DNA of 64,000 nt from Macrostomum lignano (taxonomy: Eukaryota), in assembly GCA_002269645.1 (NCBI GenBank), contig NIVC01003709.1, positions 1 to 64,000 of the forward strand, written 5' to 3'. The notes under the pieces were generated by a model that saw nothing but the letters and a program-made list of their open reading frames with translations, was not told where the DNA came from and did not search any database. The translations under genes were made by a program, and so were the position numbers. Numbering within the stretch: position 1 is the first letter of the stretch; each line of letters begins with the position of its first letter. Of this stretch, positions 48,405-64,000 are shown in pieces.

Positions 48405-48980
48405 AGCTAGGGGGCAGGCCCAATCTAGCTCAGCCAATGAGAGAGCAGCAAGAGAGAGGTCAAAGTCAGACGGACGAAACTCAGCCTAGGGGGCAGGCCC
48501 AATCTAGCTCAGCCAATGAGAGAGCAGCAAGGAGAGAGGTCAAAGTCAGACGGACGAAACTCAGCCTAGGGGGCAGGCCCAATCTAGCTCAGCCAATGAG
48601 AGAGCAGCAAGGAGAGAGGTCAAAGTCAGACGGACGAAACTCAGCCTAGGGGCAGGCCCAATCTAGCTCAGCCAATGAGAGAGCAGCAAGGAGAGAGGTC
48701 AAAGTCAGACGGACGAAACTCAGCCTCAGCCAATCTAGAGCCAATGAGAGAGCAGCAAGGAGAGAGGTCAAAGTCAGACGGACGAAACTCAGCCTAGGGG
48801 CAGGCCCAATCTAGCTCAGCCAATGAGAGAGCAGCAAAGAGAGGTCAAAGTCAGACGGACGAAACTCAGCCTAGGGGCAGGCCTAGGCCTATACATAAGC
48901 AGTTGTTATATATCATCCTTGGACAGGACTAATCTAGCTCAGCCAATGAGAGAGCAGTAAGGGAGAGATCAAAGTCAGAC
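48405..48980 (-). repeat. Same 80-bp repeat family in inverted orientation, ~7 copies
   Basis: GGGGCAGGCCCAATCTAGCTCAGCCAATGAGAGAGCAGCAAG is the reverse complement of the 43.2 kb unit. Confidence 0.93.
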
Positions 48981-50757
48981 ACAAAGGGTAAGAGAAAAGC
49001 CTAACTGTTTATTGGCCTGGATGGCGCCACCTTTTTTTCTCTCTTGCTTGCTATGCACCCGCACTGGATTTGGGTGCAGCTTCCAACAGGATGAAGATCC
49101 TAATTTAATTGGGTCTGCTTGTAGACAGCCAGAGATGCGATTGTTGCAGCTATTAAATATTAAAAATATCTGCAAAATTTAATAAATTTTAATCCTAATA
49201 ATATAAAGGCAGAAACGCTACTTTTGCTACTGAAAGATTGATGAGCGAGCGCATTTCTTGCGAGTGACATCCAGTTGTTCTAGTATCTCCTCTCCTATAG
49301 GAGTCCCTCTAATTAACAAGAGTTTTGTTAACTGAAAGGACTGTTTTATGCACACACAATATAAGACAGTAACTGACTAACTAGAAACAAATATAAAACT
49401 TGTTTTTTTTCAAATAAAAAAACGATAGACAGCAAGCTAACACAACAGCACGGGTGCAAAGAATGGATGATCTCAACAAAGCAAATACATTATACGTACT
49501 GCAAGCAAAGTTTAAAGACAACGGCAGAGAAATTCAACTGGGAACAAAAATAGCTTTCTCGCATGGTTATAATATCGCAAACAGAAACCTGTTTTGGTTG
49601 AAGATTATTGTGACAAAGTGGCTGAATAATCAACTGAAAAATTAATTAATGTTTAATTAGCTTTTAACGGCAAGACAAATTTTCATATTGAAAGTTCAAA
49701 TGTCTGAATATGCGCAGAAGTTGCAACAAGTTCGAACAGATATTATATTCAAACAGAGACTGCATAGATAATTGAGCAATTAACATAATAGAACAAATTG
49801 ACACCTTTATAAACAAAATGATGAACACACAAATACAGACCTCGGCAGCCTAAAAGTCCCAATGCAATTCCGCTGCAATTCATGGAAGGCTAATTATAAC
49901 ACAAAGATATGGTATAAGTTAATTACTCGTAGATATTATATAAACCTACAAAGGTGTGAACAAAATAAATGGCTCAAGCAAATATAATAATGAACAATGA
50001 AATATGAATAATATGAAAGTATTTAGCACTCAATGTACAAGAATATGGATTTGTGTTTAAGCTCTATCTAAAAGATACGATATATATTGTAGGGGAATAA
50101 TAGCGAAATGATTACAATTATTAAGGACTACTAATGCACGTTACGAAGGCCAACTAGTTATTTTGGTCACTTGAAAAGGACTAACAAAAAAACAACAAAG
50201 GTGTTACGCATCATATCAAACGGACCAGCTCTCTCTCTCGTAAGCATGTGCCATAGAGAGAGTGGACACAGGGACTTCAAGCTGGCTAAAGGCGCTTAGG
50301 TCAAATTGCATATCAATTATTTTTATGACAAATGTGCTAATGAACTGATAGCGCAGAAAATTAAGTTAAAAATTGTAACTAGCAAGTAATGCTACTAGCA
50401 GTAGGGAAAATCGTACATAAGGTCTATACAACCGAGGGGGGCACAAATTAAGGGACCTTCTATAATTCAAGGGGCTTCCTTAAGCGAAGGGCGCGGATTA
50501 ACAATGATACACAAAAGTTGGCATAACATTATTTAGAAAACAAGACAAGCACAAAAGTAAACAACTTTAGCTTACAAAATTGGACAAAAAGAAAACGACG
50601 AAAACTGGATTGTTCGCCTCAGCTAAGAGAAAGAAAGATGATTTGAATTGATATGTAATTGATTGGAGCGAAGTATAATTAAATCCAGCTACAGGAAAAC
50701 TCGGCCCATATTAGCAATCGATCCGCACACTAGCCGAATAATTAGCTAGTAGTAAAG

Positions 50758-52728
50758 TTAGCACAGCGAATAAAGAAAGGAAATTAACTGCGAATGATTC
50801 GGACTGCACGAGTCAAGATCGCGTCTAAGCAAGGCGTTCTCTTCGGCCTTCTGGCGCAGCAGCTTCTCGTACTCGGCCGGATTCAGCGGCCTTGGACGAC
50901 GCTGAGGGGCAGCACCAGCGGTAGCAACGGGTGCGGCTGTGGCAGTGGCAGCAGCCGTGTCGGAGACTCCGGGCGAGCCAGACCGAGAGGACGACGAGGT
51001 GCGCACCGTAGAAGCCGGCGTCTGGCTGGAGTTTGGCGGCGACGGTCCAGCTGCGGCGGCGGCGGCGGCAGACGCAGGCGGAGCGGCAGCTGAATGAGCA
51101 CCGTTATGAGCTCGCGCTGACGCCGAATGGGCCGACGAAGCCTGACGGTGCTGTTGGTATGCCTGTGGACCCTGCTGATCAGCACTTTGACGCGGCGGCT
51201 TATGCTTGGGAGGGGGCGCGCTGTGAATAGTGGAAGTGGCGTCAGCCCGTTTAGTGAGTCGCTTGCGCTCTTTCTTAGACAGGACCACAGAGAAGGCGTC
51301 TTCCTGGACGGGCTCCGGCGCGGTTAGATTGTCGAAATCTGTGAATTCCAGCTGCTGCTGCCGTTTCTCAGCTGAACTGTTAACGATGCCATCTTTAACA
51401 ACACCGCTGCTAGGCGGTGCGGCAACCGAATCAGACGATGGCGCAGACTCATTACTTTCTTTCTCTTCTTCTGACAGCTTCTTCTGAAGCGCGGATGTTT
51501 TATCAGCAGTCGAGGAGTCAACGAAAGGCTCCTGCGGCTGCGACTGGGTGTTAGCTTCACTGGCTGCTGCTGTTGAAGCATCTTCAACAGATGGACTAGG
51601 CGGAGACTTCGGCCGGGCATCCGAGGCTATCTTGCCGCTATCCTTGGCATGCTTCTTCTGCTTCGGCTGCTGCTGTGGCAGCTGCAGTTGAGGGTGCACA
51701 ATACTTCTAGGAGCAATGCTTTTCTTACTCCTGGAGCCTGGATTGTTTTCAATAAAACTGAGCAGCGAGTCAATGTCTTCATTGCCACGATTGCCCTGAA
51801 CGTCCTGAGCTTTAATCGTTGCCCGAACTCCCTGCTCCCGACGTTTTTTCTTGCTTTTGGCGCCTCGATCCGAAGCCGGGCCGCCGCTGGACCCGTCCAA
51901 GCCGTACTGCAGCTGGCTGTAGTGCACAGCCTTCGGCTCGCTTGGATCCGTGGAATCCGCTGAGGACTGACCGCTGAACTGCTGCTGCTGCTTCTTAGAC
52001 GAACCAGTCTTGCCGGCCTGCTCCGGCGGACTGCCGCTCTTCTGACGGCGCTTCTCCGACGAATAAGCAGTGGAAGCGCTTGGCCGAGCTGACTCCGAGG
52101 CGGCAGTCGACCCAGAGGAGGCGGTGACAGCTGCAGCGGCCTTGTATTTGGTGGAGGCGGCACCAGAGGCACTAGCATAGCCTAAGCCGTTGCTATTAGT
52201 GTACGCCACCGCGTAGCCAGATTGGCGGCCTTGTCCGGCGTTCTTATAGTAGCCGAACTGACCAAAGCCGCCGTCAGAGTTCTCGCCCTCGTCGTCGCCG
52301 TCGTCATCGACGTTGTCGCTGTCTCCGTTACTATCGTCGTCATCGCCGTTCTCGTTGTCGCCGAGTGGCCGATAGGGTATGCTAGTAGTGTCGCGAGTGT
52401 AATAAGCCCGGTCCGGGCCGCACAGCTGCAGATTCTGCTGCTGCATTCCGTGGAGCTGATTACCGGCGTCATCGCTGGAGTCGGACGAGTTCGTGGCGCC
52501 GGCGGCGTCCATCGCGTAGCCGTCGTAGGCGCGGTTGTTCTGATTGGCCGCCGCACGAGCCACGTCGTCGGTGTGCAGCTGGTCGGCTAGAACAATTCGA
52601 TCGTCCGCCTCCTCGGGGGCGGGCGCCGACGACAACGAAGACACAGAGTCGTCAGTGTCAGCCGCATTGAACTGATCGTCAGCCTGGCCTTCGTGGCGTC
52701 GTTGCAGCTTCCGATTGACGTCCTTCAT
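50758..52728 (-). CDS. Uncharacterised low-complexity protein (656 aa), intronless ORF
   Basis: Long GC-rich ORF with the same codon style as the neighbouring genes. Acidic, Ser/Ala- and Gln-rich tracts surround two ordered-looking motifs (QGNRGNEDIDSLLSFIE; NHSQLISFL). Confidence 0.75.
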   Translation of the reverse strand: MKDVNRKLQRRHEGQADDQFNAADTDDSVSSLSSAPAPEEADDRIVLADQLHTDDVARAAANQNNRAYDGYAMDAAGATNSSDSSDDAGNQLHGMQQQNLQLCGPDRAYYTRDTTSIPYRPLGDNENGDDDDSNGDSDNVDDDGDDEGENSDGGFGQFGYYKNAGQGRQSGYAVAYTNSNGLGYASASGAASTKYKAAAAVTASSGSTAASESARPSASTAYSSEKRRQKSGSPPEQAGKTGSSKKQQQQFSGQSSADSTDPSEPKAVHYSQLQYGLDGSSGGPASDRGAKSKKKRREQGVRATIKAQDVQGNRGNEDIDSLLSFIENNPGSRSKKSIAPRSIVHPQLQLPQQQPKQKKHAKDSGKIASDARPKSPPSPSVEDASTAAASEANTQSQPQEPFVDSSTADKTSALQKKLSEEEKESNESAPSSDSVAAPPSSGVVKDGIVNSSAEKRQQQLEFTDFDNLTAPEPVQEDAFSVVLSKKERKRLTKRADATSTIHSAPPPKHKPPRQSADQQGPQAYQQHRQASSAHSASARAHNGAHSAAAPPASAAAAAAAGPSPPNSSQTPASTVRTSSSSRSGSPGVSDTAAATATAAPVATAGAAPQRRPRPLNPAEYEKLLRQKAEENALLRRDLDSCSPNHSQLISFLYSLC

Positions 52729-53545
52729 TTTGCCACGATTATACGCGATTGCAGCAGCGTTATTATTGCAATCGATTATGTGATGATTAATTGCGCCTTT
52801 TGACTTCTTGATCTTTATAGCGGAGCTTCAGGCACAGCTGAGGTTGCTAATAGATTTTCACCTGATGGTAGCAAATGTCCAAATAGTTGTCCTCCTGATT
52901 AGTTTGTAAGCGGTTAAATAACTAGTCCAAATTGCGAGTTAAATGAAGACTGTAGCACTGAAACATTAAGAAATGGCAACAAAGTTGTATATTAAGAACG
53001 ACATTAAATTTTACAAAGGAGACGTACAAACTATCTTTAAACAAAGCTGACCATCTATTTCCATATAAAATAGTCTATATAACCTGTGAAGTGGACTGAG
53101 TAGACTAAAGGCTTTGGCCATAGACAACAGACTAAGGGTGCAGTTGAGATTGGAGAACATCTTTAACACAGAAGACAAGCGAATATAAAGTACATGATTT
53201 AGTAAGCTAAACTTAAACAGTATTGCAACTCAATAATTTAAGACTTTCTGCTTATTAACTTAATTCTTATAAAACCTAGAAGTTGGTATAGAAGGTTCAA
53301 AGTTTCTTAGGGGGGGGGGGGTGCCAAAACATCTAAGTTTTGTTTGCCTAAACCCCAAAGCTATATTATTCAGAAAAGAAATTTAAAAAATCAGATGCAA
53401 CACAGATAGCACGCGCTTGAAAAGGCATACTGGCTATAATGTATTTACAAAGTGCAAGTTACATTTTCATATAATGCTCGCAATATAGGGTGGGAATTTT
53501 CGCATTTTTTGAGAACTAAATGCGAATAATTAACAATATGATGCA

Positions 53546-54004
53546 TCAATCAACAACCGGGACATTAGCGGCGCACGCCTCCTCTTCCAGATCGTATTGA
53601 ATATCTAGTAGCCGATCTCGGGTGTCCTCCAGCGCCCGACGCATTTCGATAAGCTGCTTGCGTTCTTCCGTATTAGCGATCTCTTTCACATTGTGCATCC
53701 AAGAGAAATCGTCAAGTATTGACGCCCGCTTCATCTCCAACACTTGGCGTTTCAATAGGTGGCAGGCTCGAACTAGATTGGCGGCCCGGGTGCTCAGTTC
53801 TAGATAGTCTTGCGACGTCTGCGTCACAGTAGCGATTCTGGTGCTGCTCTCGGACAGGCTCCCCGGCTGCGCCTGGACAGGCTCCGGCTTTGCCAGGGAC
53901 AGCATCTCGGAGAAATTCTCCAATATTAAGCGGACATCCGACCGGACATTGTTGCGCATTTCAGATAACTGCTGGTTAGCTTGCTGGCTTGCCTGGCGAG
54001 ACAT
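53546..54004 (-). CDS. MED22: Mediator complex subunit 22 (SURF5), intronless CDS
   Basis: DVRLILENFSEMLSLAK, RAANLVRAC, LKRASILDDF and YDLEEE match recalled MED22 motifs (DIKSIMDNFTEI, RAANIVRAG, ILNDF, YELEEE). Confidence 0.88.
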   Translation of the reverse strand: MSRQASQQANQQLSEMRNNVRSDVRLILENFSEMLSLAKPEPVQAQPGSLSESSTRIATVTQTSQDYLELSTRAANLVRACHLLKRQVLEMKRASILDDFSWMHNVKEIANTEERKQLIEMRRALEDTRDRLLDIQYDLEEEACAANVPVVD

Positions 54005-54164
54005 GCTGCCCGCTGCGGGAGGGCGGCATGATAGGCTGTGTAAGGGAAATTTCTCGTGGGGACATTTTTCATGCTTTAAGCTATTTATAAGTAGCTACGC
54101 ACTGCATAGTTGAAATAGCGTTCCTGAACTGAATTTCAACAGATTGATTCAAAGAATTTCAAAG

Positions 54165-54810
54165 ACTAGAGCAACTATTGATAGGGGAATTTCAAGCATT
54201 AAAGCAACTATTGATAGGGGAATTTCGAGCATTAAAGCAACTATTGATAGGGGAATTTCAAGCATTAAAGAAACTATTGATAGGGGAATTTCAAGCATTA
54301 AAGAAACTATTGATAGGGAAATTTCAATAGATTGGTGACAGAGGAGAATTTCGAGCAACTATTGATAGGGGAATTTCAAGCATTAAAGCAACTATTGATA
54401 GGGGAATTTCAAGTATTAAAGAAACTATTGATAGGGGAATTTCAAGCATTAAAGCAACTATTGATAGGGCAATTTCAAGCACTAAAGCAACTATTGATAG
54501 GGGAATTTCAAGCATTAAAGCAACTATTGATAGGGCAATTTCAAGCACTAAAGCAACTATTGATAGGGGAATTTCAAGCATTAAAGCAACTATTGATAGG
54601 GAAATTTCAAGCACTAAAGCAACTATTGATAGGGGAATTTCAAGCACTAAAGAAACTATTGATAGGGGAATTTCAAGCACTAAAGCAACTATTGATAGGG
54701 GAATTTCAAGCACTAAAGCAACTGTTGATAGGGGAATTTCAAGCATTAAAGCAACTATTGATAGGGGAATTTCAAGCACTAAAGCAACAATTAGTAGGGA
54801 ATTTTCAAGC
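54165..54810. repeat. 33-bp minisatellite upstream of MED22
   Basis: AAGCAACTATTGATAGGGGAATTTCAAGCATTA. Confidence 0.96.
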
Positions 54811-55424
54811 GATTGTTAATGGAGGAAATTTTCAGATTTTAATCATCTAATAATCGACTACTTACTTTACTTAACTAATCTAGTTATTAAAAATCTACAA
54901 GCTAAGCTTAAGACACTTCGAACCCTAAGCAGATAACCGAAATAAAAAACGGAAACACAAATAACCTAAAAATTATTGTTCGAATCAACAGCAGCACCAC
55001 GGTGTCATATCCGATCGATGGCAGAAATTTCGGCATTTTGACATAGCAACACTGAGCCGCGACAAGAGTGGACTGAAGTTCTGAACGCTGCGTAGAAAAA
55101 ATATTAATTCCCAGGATGGATTTAGAAAACAATTATTACAAAAACTTATAAAGTTTCAATGCTTAAATTGAGAAGCAACATTGCATGGAAAAAATAAGTA
55201 ACAAAAATAATCGAAAATAAACCCGGTGCAAAATGCTTTTTTTTATAAAAAAAATAGAAATTAGCAGTGGAAAATAATATTAAGTAGATTTGATGCTGGC
55301 ACATAATTTTTTGGCGTCACAACAAAATTCAAACAAACTTAGCTAAAGCTCATTTCAAAATTTGCGTACTATATATATGTTTTGAATATGATGATGACTT
55401 GTGGGATTCTGGTGTCGCGATAGG

Positions 55425-56195
55425 ATTAGTAACTGCATTGGGATAGCTAGTAACTGGATTGGGACAGCTAGTAACTGGATTGGGACAGCTAGTAACTGGA
55501 TTGGGATAGCTAGTAACTGGATTGGGACAGCTAGTAACTGGATTGGGATAGCTAGTAACTGGATTGGGATAGCTAGTAACTGGATTGGGACAGCTAGTAA
55601 CTGGATTGGGACAGCTAGTAAATGGATTGGGACAGCTAGTAACTGGATTGGGATAGCTAGTAACTGGATTGGGACAGCTAGTAACTGGATTGGGACAGCT
55701 AGTAACTGGATTGGGATATCTAGTAACTGGATTGGGATATCTAGTAACTGGATTGGGATAGCTAGTAACTGGATTGGGATAGCTAGTAACTGGATTGGGA
55801 TAGCTAGTAACTGGATTGGGACAGCTAGTAACTGGATTGGGATAGCTAGTAACTGGATTGGGATAGCTAGTAACTGGATTGGGACAGCTAGTAAATGGAT
55901 TGGGACAGCTAGTAACTGGATTGGGACAGCTAGTAACTGGATTGGGATATCTAGTAACTGGATTGGGACAGCTAGTAACTGGATTGGGATATCTAGTAAC
56001 TGGATTGGGACAGCTAGTAACTGGATCGAGAATTGAGATAGCTAGTAACTGGATTGGGACAGCTAGTAACTGGATTGGGACAGCTAGTAACTGGATTGGG
56101 ACAGCTAGTAACTGGATTGGGATATCTAGTAACTGGATTGGGACAGCTAGTAACTGGATCGAGAATTGAGATAGCTAGTAACTGGATTGGGGCAA
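55425..56195. repeat. 21-bp minisatellite
   Basis: AGCTAGTAACTGGATTGGGAC/T. Confidence 0.97.
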
Positions 56196-56993
56196 CTAGT
56201 CACTACAATAGGACAACTAGTTACTGGATTGAGATAATAAACAATAACTTAATAAAAAAATGAAAACCAGGCCACAGCAAACTACCCGAAACCAGGCCTT
56301 CAAAAACAATTGAAATGCAACCAACTGAAACAGGTACAGGCCATGTTTCGAATTCAAACTTTCAAACTATGTTTCAATCAAGTTAAACTATTATAGCACC
56401 TTTAATTTTTTAGCGATACAAAGAGTGAAACGAACGCAATGAGTCGATAAAAGTTAGCGCTTAAACGGCTAGGAATTAGATAATAGGTTAAAAAACTGGG
56501 ACTTTAAAAAAAACAACAACGCATAGCAAACGATGTACAAGTCAGCTGTTTGGCGTGACAAGCAAATGCAGTGTTGGACTGGCCAGGCCTCAAGGTTTAA
56601 TATGCCGGGCAATAGAGAGTGTTGCTCAATGTGGCAACTGCCCTGCAAAATGAAATTATTCATAGAAAATTACACATTAAAAGCTTTATCGAAAAAACTA
56701 ACTTGAAAAAAGTAACTTTATTAAAGGTGCGGATTAATAATAGCCTAATATTATGGTATAAATACGGTGCCGGCAAAATGCCAGAGCGGAAGGCCAGGGC
56801 GAATAAATTTAACGAGAGACAATTCTTTTAAGCACGCGGTCCCGGCCGCCACCCGGCTCGAGTGGGCCGTGAGCGTTTCGCATGCGTATTGAATTTCATT
56901 CAGTTCCGAAAATCAACTTAGTAAAAGTGCAACAAAATCGAACGTAAAAGAACACAAATAGTTTTTTAATTAAAAAAAACAAAGAACGCGGTC

Positions 56994-63371
<6,378 letters not shown>

Positions 63372-63539
63372 CTGCGGACCAATTGGTAGACACAATACAT
63401 GAGAAACACTTGTCAAACTGATTATGTCAATTTTTATTCATTGAGGATTAACCATTCGGTTCTTTGATTAGGACTTGAGATTAGGGAGGATTTTGAGTTA
63501 GGATTTTTAACGGGGCTCAAATGATTAACGAGGCTTAGT

Positions 63540-64000
63540 AAAGCACTGAGGGAGGATTGGTGCTGCTTATCAAAGCACTGAGGGAGGATTGGTGCTGCTT
63601 ATCAAAGCACTGAGGATTGGTGCTGCTTATCAAAGCATTGAGGATTGGTGCTGCTTATCAAAGCATTGAGGGAGGATTGGTGCTGCTTATCAAAGCATTG
63701 AGGATTGGTGCTGCTTATCAAAGCACTGAGGATTGGTGCTGCTTATTAAAGCACTGAGGATTGGTGCTGCTTATCAAAGCATTGAGGATTGGTGCTGCTT
63801 ATCAAAGCATTGAGGGGAGGATTGGTGCTGCTTATCAAAGCATTGAGGATTGGTGCTGCTTATCAAAGCACTGAGGATTGGTGCTGCTTATTAAAGCACT
63901 GAGGATTGGTGCTGCTTATCAAAGCATTGAGGATTGGTGCTGCTTATCAAAGCACTGAGGATTGGTGCTGCTTATTAAAGCACTGAGGATTGGTGCTGCT
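63540..64000. repeat. 28-bp minisatellite (MCM6 intron), runs off the window edge
   Basis: GAGGATTGGTGCTGCTTATCAAAGCA(C/T)T. Confidence 0.96.

Overview
Eukaryotic (animal) genomic DNA with GC-rich exons, AT-rich spacers, GT-AG introns and many minisatellites. The style suggests the flatworm Macrostomum, but that is inference only. Nine protein-coding genes can be reconstructed, all on the minus strand. From right to left: MCM6 (5' end outside the window), MED22, an unnamed low-complexity protein, katanin p60, an intronless PIP5K-like probable pseudokinase, an unnamed protein of four ~100-aa repeats, TAB1, TDRKH/Papi, and a band-4.1-type FERM gene whose exons splice in frame onto two tandem DDX1-type SPRY domains. 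This FERM-SPRY-SPRY architecture is the most unusual feature. Mobile DNA includes a near-intact mariner, a defective Ty3/gypsy lying antisense just behind the TDRKH stop codon, hAT-, Tc1/mariner- and Mutator-like MITEs, tRNA-derived SINEs and foldback-like repeats. Most reconstructed introns carry their own minisatellite, and these arrays account for most of the long repetitive ORFs in the track. Exon boundaries were read by hand and no database searches were run.
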